NCBI GenBank assembly: GCA_030390025.1 | Contig: CM059438.1 | Coordinates: 68,016,001 to 68,080,000 of the forward strand | Length of the DNA stretch: 64,000 bases | Reading direction: 5' to 3' | DNA from: Squalus acanthias | Lineage: Eukaryota | Shown: positions 23,018-35,921 of the stretch, piece after piece | Layout of the letters: each line of letters begins with the position of its first letter | Position numbering within the stretch: the stretch's first letter is position 1 | Notes under the pieces: model-generated | Databases searched by the model: none | Seen by the model: only the letters and a program-made list of their open reading frames with translations | Told to the model about the DNA's origin: nothing | Position numbers and translations under genes: made by a program

Positions 23018-23377
23018 AAAACACTCATCCCAGTTGACGAGAATGTGATTCCAGCCAAAGTAATCAACTCTAAGTCAGTGCCAGTCGATTCTTTTAATGG
23101 TACTGCCGATCACACACAGTCTCACGGTATAACCGCAGCACAGTCAGGACAGCCACCTTTACCAACATTACATCTCCAGTCCGTAGACACTGTTCTCCAA
23201 ACCATCGCACGCAAATGACCAGATCGCTTAATTTGTGCTATTTAGTGATAAACATGTGCCAGTGTTTCTGTGCTTGTCACTGTTATGTCTACTAGGAATA
23301 GCATTGACACTGGCAGAATCACTGTAGTTCTCAAGTTCTGTATCTGCACAGGCGGACCATTCTAAATATTTTTCAGT

Positions 23378-25845
23378 ATTTTTTTTATTCGCTTTTGGGA
23401 TGTGGGCGTCACTGGCAAGGCCAGCATTTATTGCCCATCTCTAGTTGCCCTTGAGAAGGTGGTGGTGAGCTGCCTTCTTGAACCGCTGCACTCCATGTGG
23501 TGAATGTACTCCCACAGTGCTGTTAGGGAGTGAGTTCCAGGATTTTGACCCAGCGACGATGAAGGAACGGCGATATACTTCTACGTCAGGATGGTGTGTG
23601 ACTTGGAGGGGAACTTGGAGGTGGTGGTGTTCCCATGCGTCTGATGCCCTTGTCCTTCTAGGTGGAAGAGGTCATGGGTTTGGGAGGTGCTGCCGAAGAA
23701 GCCTTGCTGCAGTGCATCTTGTAGATGGTACACACTGCAGCCACGGTACGCCGGTGGTGGAGGGAGTGAATGTTTAAGGTGGTGGATGGGGTGCCAATCA
23801 AATGGCTGCTTTGTCCTGGATGGTGTCGAGCTTCTTGAGTATTGTTGGAGCTGCACTCATCCAGGCAAGTGGAGAGTATTCCATCACACTCCTTACTTGT
23901 GCCTTGTAGATGGTGGAAAGGCTTTGGGGAGTCAGGAGGTGAGACACTCACCGTAGAATACCTAGCCTCTGACCTGCTCTTGTTGCCACAGTATTTATGT
24001 GGTTGGTCCAGTTAAGTTTCTGGTCAATGGTGAGCCCCCAGGATGTTGATGGTGGGGCATTCAGCGATGGTAATGCTGTTGAATGTCAAGGGGAGGTGGT
24101 TAGACTCTCGCTTGTTGGAGATAGTCATTGCCTGGCACTTCTGTGGCGCAAATGTTACCTGCCACTCATCAGCCCAAGCCTGAACGTCATCCAGGTCTTG
24201 TTGCAAGCGGGCATGGACTGCTTCATTATCTGAGGAGTTGCGAATGGCGCTGAACACTGTGCAGTCATCAGCGAACATCCCCATTTCTGACCTTATGTTG
24301 GAGGGAAGGTCATTGATGAAGCAGCTGAAGATGGTTGGGCCTAGGACACTGCCCTGAGGAACTCCTGCAGCGATGTCCTGGGGCTGTGATGATTGACCTT
24401 CAATCACCACAACCATCTTCCTTTGTGCTAGGTATGATTCCAGCCAGTGGAGTGTTTTCCCCCTGATTCCCACTGACTTCAGTTTTATTAGGGCTCTTTG
24501 ATGCCACACTCGGTCAAATGCTGCCTTGATGTCAAGGGCAGTCACTCTCACCTCACCTCTGGAATTCAGCTCCTTTGCCCATGTTTGGACCAAGGCTGTA
24601 ATGAGGTCGCGAGCCGAGTGGTTTTGGCGGAACCCAAACTGGGCATCAGTGAGCAGGTTATTGGTGAGTAAGTGCCACTTGATAGCACTGTCGATGACAC
24701 CTTCCATCACTTTGCTGATGATTGAGAGCAGACTGATGGGGCGGTAATTGGCCGGATTGGATTTGTCCTGCTTTTTGTGGACAGGACATACCTGGGCAGT
24801 TTTCCACATTGTCGGATAGATGCCAGTGTTGTATCTGTACTGGAACAACTTGGCTAGAGGCGCGGCTGGTTCTGGAGCACAAGTCTTCAGCACGACAGCC
24901 GGGATGTTGTCGGGTCCCATAGCCTTTGCTGTATCCAGTGCGCTCTGCCATTTCTTGATATCACGTGGAGTGAATCGAATTGGCTGAAGACTGGCTTCCA
25001 TGATGGTGGGGACCTCGGGAGTAGGCCGATATGGATCATCCACTCGGCACTTCTGGCTGAAGATGGTTACAAACGCCTCAACCTTGTCTTTTGCACTCAT
25101 GTGCTGGGCTCCACCATCATTGAGGATGGGGATATTCTTGGAGCCTCCTCCTCCCGTTAGTTGTTTAATGGTCCACCACCATTCACGACTGGATGTGGCA
25201 GGACTGCAGAGCTTTGATCTGATCCGTTGATTGTGGGATCGCTTAGCCCTGTTTATAGCATGCTGCTTCCGCTTTTTAGCATGCATGTAGTCCTGTGTTG
25301 CAGCTTCCCATGTTGGCACCTCATTTTTAAGTAGACCTGGTGCTGCTCCCGGCATGCTCTTCTACACTCCTTATTGAACCAGGATTGATCCCCTGGCTTG
25401 GTGATAATGGTAGAGTGAGGGATATGCCAGGCCATGAGGTTATAGATTGTGGTGGAATACAATTCTGCTGCTACTGATGGCCCACAACGCCTCATGGATG
25501 ACCAGTTTTGACCTGCTAGATCTGTTCTGAATCTATCCCATTTAGCACGGTGGTAGTGCCACACAACATGATGGAGGGTGTCCTCAGTGTGAAAATGGGA
25601 CTTTGTCTCCACAATGACTGTGCGGTGGTCACTGCCACCAATGCTGTCATGGACAGATGCATCTGCGACAGTTAGATTGGTGAGGACGAGGTCAAGTAGG
25701 TTTTTCCCTCGTGTTGGTTCTCTCACCACCTGTCGCAGGCCCAGACTGGCAGTTATGTCCTTCAGGACTCGGCCAGCTCGGTCAGTAGTGGTGCTAGCAA
25801 GCCACTCTTGGTGATGGACATTGAAGTCCCCCACCCAGAGTACAC
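23378..25845 (-). mobile_element. Non-LTR retrotransposon (CR1/L2-group, poly(A)-tailed family), 5'-truncated ORF2 with frameshifts
   Basis: APE endonuclease motifs GDFNVHH, LLDLVLTN, GSDH. RT motifs [39 protein letters not shown]-rich tail at ~23378-23390. Confidence 0.92.
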
Positions 25846-26814
25846 AGGACACAGATGGAAACTACTCAAATCAAGTGACCAGTTTTCTGGTTGACTTTGA
25901 TTTGACATCTGACCTTTGTTGGTCTCCTTTATGCTTCCCAATGGTTACTAGCCGCTAATTGGTGATCCTTTAATTGGAAAATTCTGACAAGCATTATTCT
26001 GCATAGCAATGACTGTGCATTTTATTTAAACCAAAAGAGAACTTGCGGGGGTGGGAATCCGAGGAAGTTGAAAGCACCATGTGATATCCATTGTTCTAAT
26101 TGGGAGTGCCCTAGTTGGCAAAATAAATTGCTTGCTTCTGCAGAATGCTAATTAGCAAGGGTGAGCCAAATATACACTGGATTGAAAAGTGCGGGTGAGC
26201 CAGTTAAATTGATATTGCATCAGGAAATCTCAAGTGGTGAGAAATCAACTTTCTTCTTGAAACGTTTCACCCAGAAGCAGGCGATGACACGCACAAGCTT
26301 TTGTATTCAGATATACGATAAATTTAGAACGATTTCAGTTTTGCTGTTCGTCGTTGCATCGAACTATTTCGAGCCATTGGGGTTTTGCGTGACATTCAGA
26401 CAGTTTCCCTGTACAGCTGTAATGAGGGCAGTTTAAGTGTCAGCGTGGTGACGGAACCTAATAAGCAGAGATGTGTAGAAACGCAGAAGTTGCGAGTTAT
26501 AAATCAAAGTTGCGAGACAACTTTTTTTCATGCTCCACACAAACATAATTTGCATTTATGATTGAGAAGTTGCCTCATGGAATTATAGGCATGTGGGCTT
26601 CTCAATTACAGTGAAATAAAAGCAACTATTTGGAAAATGCTTTTGGGCAAAGACAGCCTGTTATAAAAATAAGGCAGGGACTTTCTTTCGACTAATCACT
26701 TTCCATTCCTTGTAAATATGTTACAAGTCAACAGGAAAAGAAATACATTAATGCAAAGTATTGTGGAGTTTCATAGAGGGTTCCTCCACTGGCTGAGTTG
26801 CTCCAAGTCCGATC

Positions 26815-27335
26815 CATGTCCATGTCCATTGGCTCCCGGTCTGGCAACGCCAACATTTTAAAATTCTCATCCTTGTTTTTAAATCCCTCCATGGCCTCGC
26901 CCCTCCCTCTCTCTGTAACCTCCTCCAGCCCTACAACCCTCCAAGATCTCTGTGCTCCTCCAATTCTGGCCTCTTGAGCAACCTCAATTTTAATCGCTCC
27001 ACCATTGGCGGCCGTGCCTTCAGCTGCCTAGGTCTTAAGCTCTGGAATTCCCTCCCTAAACCTCTCCGCCACTCTAACTCACTCTCCTCCTTTAAGATGC
27101 TCCTTAAAAGCTACTTTAGTGACCATCTCCTTATGTGGCTCGATGTCAAATTTCTTTTGATAATGCTCCTGTGAAGCACCTCCCAAACCCGTGACCTCTA
27201 CTACCTAGAAGGACAAGGGCAGCAGGTGCATGGGAACACCACCACCTTCAAGTTCCCCTCCAGGTCACACACCATCCTGACTTGGAAATATATCGCCGAT
27301 CCTTCATCGTCGCTGGGTCAAAATCCTGGAACTCG
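26815..27335 (+). mobile_element. L2-like LINE 3' region (26815-~27176) followed by a fragment of the poly(A) LINE family (~27172-27335)
   Basis: Peptide GGRAFS..KLWNSLP..SLSSFK..LK; reverse-matches 56823-56995. The second piece matches 42900-43060. Confidence 0.75.
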
Positions 27336-27409
27336 CAGGCTTCATCTGTGATATGGACCAAGTGGCATAATTAGCAGTTAGAGAGCAGAAAGAATAGAAG
27401 TGATGCAAT

Positions 27410-27680
27410 CATCGAATCATACAGCACAGAAGGAGGCCGTTAGGTCCATGGTGCCCGTGCAAGCTGTTTGTAAGAGCTATCCAATTATTTCCACTCCCCC
27501 GCTCTTTCCCCATAGCCCTGCAAATTTCTCCTTTTCAAGTATTTATCCAATTCCCTTTTCAAAGTTACCATTGAATCTGCTTCCACCATCCTTTCAGGCA
27601 ATGGGTTCCAGTCATAACAACTCGCTGTGGAAAAACGAACCTTGTCTCCCCTCTGGTACTTTCGCCAATTATCGTAAATG
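27410..27680 (-). mobile_element. CR1 LINE 3' end
   Basis: WNPLPERMVEADS..KRELDKYLK..GYGERAGEW peptide and CR1 3' UTR. Confidence 0.8.
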
Positions 27681-28325
27681 TCCAATTCCTTCTGTCTTGG
27701 CCCAAAAAAGCTGAGGTACAACAATCAGACTATAATGTTTAAAAAAATACCCATTTCCTTTGAAGGAGCTCCATTCAATTATCACTTTCAACAAAATAAT
27801 GCTCAGCTCAACAATTTTAAACTTCAGAGTGGCATCTCCTAATTACAGTGACATCAGTTGCAGTTGCCGGTACGCTGAGCTGAGGCTGTTTCCATGAACT
27901 TTCCAACTTTGAATAGCTGTGTCCTGTACCTTTCTGCTTGACTTCACCCCTGGCCCTGTGAAACTGCCTCCTTCCCTAAATCCCACTGGCATTCCATATC
28001 CCACTCTGCTTTCAAAAGCCTTTCCCGTCAACCAAAACTTTCAGCTCTCCTCCAGCTTGGCAGAGCAAGCTTGAAGGGCCGAATGACCTACCCATCCTAC
28101 TTCTTATGTTCTTATGACTTGCTGCATCTTTTTACTCTGGGAAAAACAAAATGAATCGGCTGATTTCTTTTTCAGCTACTGGAAATATTAACTTAACAGG
28201 GTTGTACAGCTATCACAAAACAGGGACAATGCTGGCAATCCATTTAGGTCTGTCAGGACCTGAAGGAGAATAGATCAGGTGAACGTCTCCTTTTACATTT
28301 CAAATGCTGACTGCCCTGCTGTCCA

Positions 28326-28956
28326 TTTTTCAATTCTTTCATGGGATGCGGGCGTCGCTGGCAAAGCCAGCATTTATTGCCCATCCCTAATTGCCCTTGA
28401 GAAGGTGGTGGTGAGCCGCCTTCTTGAACCGCTGCAGTCCGTATGCTGAAGGTACTCCCACAGTGCTGTTAGGGAGGGAGTTCAAGAATTTTGACCCAGT
28501 GACGATGAAGGAACGGCAATACATTTCCAAGTCAGGATGGTGTGTGACTTGGAGGGGAACTTGGTGTTCCATGTGCCTGCTGCCCTTGTCCTTCTAGATG
28601 GAAGAGGTCGTGGGTTTGGGAGGTGCTGCCGAAGAAGCCTTGGCGAGTTGCTGCAGCGTATCTTGTAGATGGTACACACTGCAGCCACGGTACGCCGGTG
28701 GTGGAGGGAATGAATGTTTAAGGTGGTGGATGGGGTGCCAATCAAGCGGGCTGCTTTGTCCTGGATGATGTTGAGCTTCTTGAGTGTTATTGGAGCTGCA
28801 CTCGTCCAGGCAAGTGGAGAGTATTCCATTACACTCCTTACTTGTGCCTTGTAGATGGTAGAAAGGCTTTGGGGAGTCAGGAGGTGAGACACTCGCCGCA
28901 GAATACCTAGCCTCCGACCTGCTTTTGTTGCCACAGTATTTATGTGGCTGGTCCAG
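28326..28956 (-). mobile_element. Poly(A) LINE family 3' end
   Basis: Collinear with 23380-24010. Confidence 0.88.
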
Positions 28957-30183
28957 CAGTTCCAGCATTGTCTGCTTGATTTAAAATTTACAACATTTGC
29001 CCCTCATCAAATTCTGTTGATGGGGATTGGAAATAATTTTGGGGGTTTAATTCTAAAGAGAAATATTCTTTCAATAATTGTTTGCATATCCTATCATATT
29101 CTTAACATTCGTCCTCCAGATTTTCTGATGTGTGGAATGTCTCCCTCTTGTGGTAAATGCTAGTGGGTCAGTCTATCTGCTCAGTATGTATTGCAAGGAT
29201 GGTTTCATATTTTAAACTATTTTTGGCACCTCTACTCCACCCCCACCCCCACCCCCCTCAAAAAAAGGTTTGTTTTCTCCTAATAGTACAACAGCAAAAA
29301 TAAACTTATTGTGAATAATTCAATGGTTCTACGTCAATTACAATAGCAACATACTTCGATGGTGTTCCTCTCCCACAGAATGGAGTCTCAGTGCACAGCA
29401 CTCGGCAGAGGAATATAGTGGACACCAAGCTGGAGGAGAGCTGAAACTCTGGTTGACGGGAACGGCTTTTAGGAAGCTTTTGAAAGCAGAGTGGGCTATG
29501 GCAAGCCAGTGGTAGTTAGGGAAGGAGGGAGTTTCATATGGTCAGGGGTGAAGAAGATGAAAGAGCAATCATTGATGGTAAGGCTGAATGGCCTCCCTCT
29601 GTGCTCCGAAAGTTTCTGATTTCATCCAATATAGCCCAATTACTAGTTTAGAGCTGATCAAGGCCCTGGATCCTGCTGCAATACTCGTCAATTTTGAGCT
29701 CTTCAGTGTCATTTACTAGAATGCAGTGTTTAAAATGCATGTGATGATCTGCAAACAGCACACTGGACAATAAGATTCTAAAATCAATGGAAACTTAATT
29801 CACAGTTCAATTTATTTTTGACACGCGCATTTAGATAACTGCAAGTAATTACAGTCATACTTTGTGTGGTCAGTAATTATAATTTATCTGCTAATTGTGA
29901 GGTGTCGGCAGTGTGATGAGTCTTGTCAGCTCTTGTCTGATTGCTGATTACACAGCATTCAAATACTCAGGAGTTCGGCTCACCCTTATGTAATGGACAA
30001 AAATGATGATTTCATTTTTATATCAGCAAGATTTTGAACTTCAGCAAGGTATCTGTAGATTTTATATGCCACCTCACATAACTAGAATTCTTCATTCATT
30101 ATTTGAGTGAGAACAAAAAGTGTTATTGTCCATGTTTAAGCTTCTAAGTTGCAGATAAGATACAGTGGGGTGTTAAAATTGAT

Positions 30184-30655
30184 AAGAAAGAAAGGACGTA
30201 CATTGATATAGCACCTTTCACAACCTCCGCACATCCCGAAGCTCTTTACAGCCAAAGTAGTACTTTTGAAGTGGAGTCACTGCTGTAATGTATGGAAATG
30301 CGAATTTGAACACGGCCAGGTCCCACAAACAGCAATGAGATACATGAGCAGGTAATCTGTTTTTAGTGATGTTGGTTTAGAGATAAATACTGGCCCAGAC
30401 ACCGGGAGAACGCACCTTGTCCTCTTTGAATAGTGCCGTGAGATCGTTTAAATCCACCGGAGAGGACAGCTGGGCCCTCGGTAAATTATCTCATTGCTGT
30501 TTACGGGACCTGCTTTGCGCAAATTGGCCACTGCATTTCTCTACCTTATAACAGTAACCACACTTCAAAAAGTACATTGTTAACTGTGAAGCATTTCGGG
30601 ATGTCCGGAGGTTGTGAAAGGCGCTATATAAATGCAAGTTACTTCTTTTCTTTCT
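30184..30655. mobile_element. Two 5'-truncated Deu-SINE-like copies joined head-to-head (30184-~30485 on -, ~30486-30655 on +)
   Basis: Both outer ends carry the SINE tail in opposite orientation, and the internal sequence matches 6925-7221. Confidence 0.75.
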
Positions 30656-31154
30656 ATCTTATTTATGTACTGCAATATGATCGATTTCCTGCGCTGCCTA
30701 ATTTGGCCCATTTATATTGCAGGGTCGTTTCTGACAGCGGTAGTGACATCGAATAATAACATTTATGATCTTATACATGCACAATTTGTGCCAAGCAGTA
30801 ATTGTAATGTCAACATTCTGGCCTTTGGCATTTCCTGATGGCAGGGGAAGGTCCACATAGGTCAGCGGTGTGAAAACCACATTGCTAAATTGTACAGACA
30901 GGCTGAGAGCTCAGTTATCCCATAACCACAATCAAATGGCAGAGCTGGATGACAAATAGTAGCAGCTATTCATCTTTGCTGCCACTAGCGCTGTGTCTCT
31001 GGAGGTAGCTCATTAATGCAGTAGGGTCTGAATGTAATCCTTAATGTAAACCCTTCCAGGTCAGTTTGGCTTCGTATGCAATCCTATGCACAGGAACGTC
31101 AAATTGATGCTTTTTAGGGACTGGACTTTGAACTACAATATGTAATGCTACATT

Positions 31155-31887
31155 GGGCCAAAGATTCGGCACTTGCCGGGTGAGTACGCACTGTGTACTC
31201 ACCCGCAAGGCCTCCTGAAGTGCCGGTTTCCTGCATGCACTGCGCATGCGCGGGGAAACCGGAACTTCCGGTCTGGTGAAGGGAGCGGTTCAGAGGTAAA
31301 CCGTGTGCGCGGTAGAGGCTGCGCGCACGCAGCAAACTTAGGTTTTTTTTTCAGGGCTTTTAAAAAGGAGGCGCAGGACCTGTTTTCAACAAGGTAAGTG
31401 GTTCATTAATTATAATTTAAAATTTTTTTCATTAGGTTTATCTTTTTTAGATACTTTAAAGAAAGGTAAGTTTATTTTTAGCGCCGTTAAAAAGTATTTT
31501 ATTTTTTTCAAAAATTAAAATTTTTGTTTAAAGTAGTTAATTTATTTAACGAGAGTTATTTTAGAAATGTGATGGTTTTTAAAAAATTTATTTGAAATTT
31601 AGCTGTTCTTTTGGGGCCAATTTCAATTCACAGATTTGACAGGTCTTCCTGTCAAATCTATGAATGAAAGATGGTCTGCTGCCATTGGCTGTCCATGGCC
31701 CACGTGATCCCAGGGGACGCATCACACTAACTACGCCCCTGGGACATGCAAGCACTGCGCGCCGGCACGTGGAGCAGGCCCAGGAGCTGAAGTTCCCGTG
31801 GGCCCAGAGGTCAACAGCAGGCGCGGTAGGTAAGTGCGCGTGTGATCCTTACCCCCGCGGCAAGCCGGAGAGGCGAATTTCAGGGCC
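31155..31887 (+). mobile_element. Harbinger-type MITE, family B copy 3
   Basis: TIRs GGGCCAAAGATT / AATTTCAGGGCC, TSD ATT (31152-31154, 31888-31890). Confidence 0.9.
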
Positions 31888-32544
31888 ATTGTCTGCCCTC
31901 CTTAGACTTGCTTTTTCCTAGTTAAGATGCTATGCATTATTCTAGGCCGACACCAAGCTGGACTCCAACAGTGAAGTTCAAAATTCTATTGCCTACTCTA
32001 TTCTCCATTACTTTATTGCAGTATATGCTAGTACCACAGGGAGTTGCTTGTCTGGTGGCTGCCACATTCAGCGTCTCTGTAAAATGTGCAGCCTAAACTG
32101 TGGACAATTAATCTGGAAGGAGGGTTAATTTATATATGGACAGAGGGATTATCTTGTATGGCTACAATGTGCCCACTCTTTCAAGCAGCTAATTCCAAAT
32201 TTTAGGTGTTGTGGAGTCTGTTAGGAATATCCGCTGCAACTGAAATTGTCATATTGGCAAAGAAGAATTGAAAAAAGGAGAAAAGAGCTGTCCAACAGAT
32301 CAAGCAAATGTCAAAGTGACGTCTTCTGCAGATCACATACACTGGATCCTATTAGGGATTCTACCATAACCACTGACTTCCGGTCTACCTGCCCACTCCC
32401 TGAAATCCAGAGCTTGTCAGTTAAACCCTGTGGGGCTGAATTTCCCTGGAGTACTCTGAATCTCCCAGCATAGCTTTGGCGGAAAACTGTGTCAAGGCGT
32501 AAACAGTTATTAACATCGTTTCTCCAGAAGGTTGGGTGAAGAAC

Positions 32545-32999
32545 AGAAAGAAAGACTTGCATTTCTATAGCACCTTTCATGACCTTAGGATGTCCCAAAG
32601 CACTTTACAGTCAATGAAGTACTTTTGAAGTGTAGTCACTGTTGGAAACGTGGCAATGCCCAGCAGCTCCCGCAAGCAGCAATGTGATCATCACCAGATA
32701 ATCTTTTTTATATTGATGTTGATTGCTGGGTAAATATTGGCCAGGACACCGGGGATAACTCCCCTGCTTTTCTTTGAAATAGTGCTATGGGATCTTTTGC
32801 ATCCACCTGAGAGAGCAGACGAGGCCTCGGTTTAAAATCTCCTCCAAAGGACGGCAAATCTGACAGTGCAGCACTCCCTCAGCACTGCACTGGAGTGTCA
32901 GCCTGGATTTTTGTGCTCAAGTCTCTGGGGTGCGACTATGAACCCGCAATCTTCTGACGCAGAGGCGCGAGTGCGGCCCACTGAGCCACAGCTGACACT
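32545..32999 (-). mobile_element. Deu-SINE-like SINE, full length
   Basis: Minus-strand head GTGTCAGCTGTGGCTCAGTGG..GGGTTCA and (TTTC)n tail; collinear with 19814-20605. Confidence 0.85.
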
Positions 33000-34024
33000 G
33001 TCAGCTGGTGAAGACCTGTGATAAATCTCAGCAAGAGTCCGTGTCCTGAGGGGAGGTGAAAATTGGTAGCCATATGCTGGGGGGCAAGGATTACCTCAGG
33101 AGATCCCTCGGCAGATCTCCTCATACCCGCAAAGTGTGTGGACAATCAGTACAGCATATGTGAATTGTCATCAGGAAAATAAAACACAGGTCTGCACCTG
33201 TTAAACCAGCTGGAGTCATCAACTGAACATTTTTTTTTCATTCTGTATTGACATGAAGGAATTGCGTTAACATTCAGTCAGGGCTTTTAATGTAATTGAA
33301 ATATGGCTTGGCATCTTCAGCAAAGGCTATTAAAAGCTGTCATAAATCTGAGGAATTTTCTGTTGTTTTCAGTTGCTGTGAAAAGCAGACTAATTGATGG
33401 ATGACAACATTCTGGAGTGAAATTAATGTCCTGGATAAATGGGGCTTCAGTTGGGTAATCAAGGCTGCAGAATTGAAAAAAAAAATCGAAGGCATGAACA
33501 AAACAAGTTGAAAACAAATTAAAATCCATCTCGCCCTTCGATGCTTCAGTTGGAAGATGCATTATCGAGTGTTGACATGTTAGTCAGAGTAGAGGAGAGC
33601 TCCACGAACCATCTCCACTCGGTGCTGAGTTAGCTGATCTTAGCCAAGGAAGACTTGCAGTAATGTAGCACCTTAAGCTCAGACACATCCCCCAGTTCTT
33701 TACACACAATGGATTACTTTTCCAAGGTACCAGATTGGAAACTGTCACTTATGAACCTGTAGCCCGACAGTAGTAGTCACCTTGAGGAGAAAGGAATATC
33801 GGAGATGGTGAAATAAAAAAATAATTGCAATAAAATCTACTTCACTTTCTGTGGTTCTATATCAGTATTGCTTTTATGGTGTGCTTATAATATGGAATGG
33901 GGTTGTTTGTATGTCAAACCAAACTTGTTACTTCCATTCATGATCATGCTTTAAAACACTGTGAGGCGGCTCTAGATCAGGGCTGTCCAAATTCTGTGTC
34001 CTCATGGGCAACGTGAGTGCAAAC

Positions 34025-35123
34025 CATAAGAATATAAGAAATAGGAGCAGGAGTAGGTCATACGGCCCCTCGAGCCTGTACCGCCATTCAATAAGTTAAT
34101 GGGCCGTACTTTGTGGCACCTACGGATGCGTACAAGGTGCTCACGCGCCCGTAAGGGCCGTGCAGGTTCCGGGTTTAGGCATGCGCTAAAGCCCGGAACT
34201 TGTGATCTGTCAAGAATTTTCTTGACAGATGATTCGCATCCCGGGAAAATAAGGTAAGTTTATTTTTAGCCCCTTTAAAACATTTAAATTTATTTTTCAA
34301 AAAATTAAATTTTTGTTTTAAATATTTAATTGAATGCCATTTTAATTAATTTGAAATGTGTGATGGTTTTTTTTAATTTGAAGTGTAGAGGTATTTTTTG
34401 GGGGTATTTCCATTCATGCTTATGGGGTTTCCGTTCATACAGAATCCTCATAAGCATGAATGGAGATCCCCTTCTGTCATTGGTTGAGCCGGCCCACGTG
34501 ATCCCCGGGCCGCTTGCGCCCCTGGGATACGTGGGCCTCTACGCATGTCTACGCATAGCGGCCCAGGAGTGCGAGTCTCCGTGGATCCCGAGGCAGAAGG
34601 TAAGTTCGTAGATTTTTTGCCGGTCGGAGGCATCCGACCACGGGAAGCCTCCGACCACAAATTCAGGCTGAACTTCTACATCAAATCCACTATCCCGCCC
34701 AATGCCCATATCCCTTGATTCCCTTAGTGCCCAAAAATCTATCAATCTCAGTCTTGATTATACTCATCGACTGAGCATCCACAGCCTTCTGGGGGAGAGA
34801 ATTCCAAAGATTCACAACCCTCTGAGTGAAGAAATTTCTCCTCGTCTCAGTCCTAAAATGGCCGACTCCTCATCCTGAGACTATGCCCCCTAGTTCTAGA
34901 CTCTCCAGCCAGGGGAAACAGCCTCTCAGCATCTACCCTGTCAAGCCTTCTAAGAATTTTATCTGTTTCACTTAGATCACCTCTCATTCTTCTAAACGCC
35001 CGAGAATATAGGCCCATTCTACGCAACCTCTCCGCATAGGACAACCCTCTCTCTCAATCTAGTGAACCTTTGTTGCACCCCTTCTAAGGCAAGTATATCC
35101 TTCCTTAGGTAAGGAGACCAAAA
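34025..35123 (-). mobile_element. CR1 LINE 3' end interrupted by a MITE
   Basis: Peptide GLYS..FRRMRGDL.ET.KIL..LDRVDAERLFP; tail at 34025; insertion at 34101-34668. Confidence 0.85.
34101..34668 (+). mobile_element. Harbinger-type MITE, family C (internally shortened)
   Basis: Starts GGGCCGTACTTT, ends ..CACAAATTCAGG. Reverse-complement similarity to 7647-8400 and 35162-35921. Confidence 0.75.
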
Positions 35124-35161
35124 CCATAGATACTAGGGCCATGTATGAAGTTAAAGTTGAT

Positions 35162-35921
35162 GGGCTGGAATTTCCGATCTGGAGTAAGCCTCTGGCCCTC
35201 TAAAAGAAATCCATACTTACCTTCAGGCTCCCGGGCTTCGGAGACTTCGGGTCCTGGGCCTGCAGGCGTACACCTTCATAAAGGCCCACGGATCCCAGGG
35301 ACGCAGGCGGTTCGGAAGCGTCCCTGGAATCACGTGGGCCAGGTCCTCCAATCAGAAAGGAGGATTCCTAATATGCTTATGGGGATTCGATTCCCGAACG
35401 GAATCCACATAAGCATATGAGGAATCCCCAAATAATGAAATAATTTATACAACTGGGATGAAAATAAAAGTTCCCATTTTCAAAATTAATTAAAAGTCCC
35501 TTCAATAAAGCATATACGATAAAAATTTAATTTTCTGAAAAATAATTTTAAATATTTTAATCCGGGCCAAAATTTGTATAAGCTAATTTTAAATGCTTGT
35601 GCATAATTTTTTGTTTTTACATTTTCAATTTAAGATTTATATTAACCCATACACTGGTGAAAGCAGGCTGCTTTTACCAGGCATAAGGGTTTCGTGGGCA
35701 TTTGCCGGGCAGTAGTTGGGCAAATAGCCCAACTCTGCACCAGTGAAAGTGATTATTGGGTCAGTGCGGATGCTGTCAAGGTGAACCTTGACGGATCGCA
35801 AGTTCCGGGTTTTCGGGCATGCGCAGCGCATGCGGAATCCTGGAACTTGCGGGGCCTTTCTGACGGCTGATGATGGCGTACGCTGTGTGTACACCGTCAT
35901 CGAGAGCACAAAATCCGGGCC
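35162..35921 (-). mobile_element. Harbinger-type MITE, family C
   Basis: TIRs GGGCTGGAATTT / AAATCCGGGCC, flanks GAT/AAT; collinear with 7647-8400. Confidence 0.82.

Noticed and set aside
32930..32999. tRNA gene (also at ~6770, ~13400 and ~19815)
   Set aside because: A/B boxes only; each continues into a SINE body and tail, and no cloverleaf is evident.
33978..34024. hAT-like TIR start CAGGGCTGTCCAA
   Set aside because: No matching opposite end or 8-bp TSD was found.
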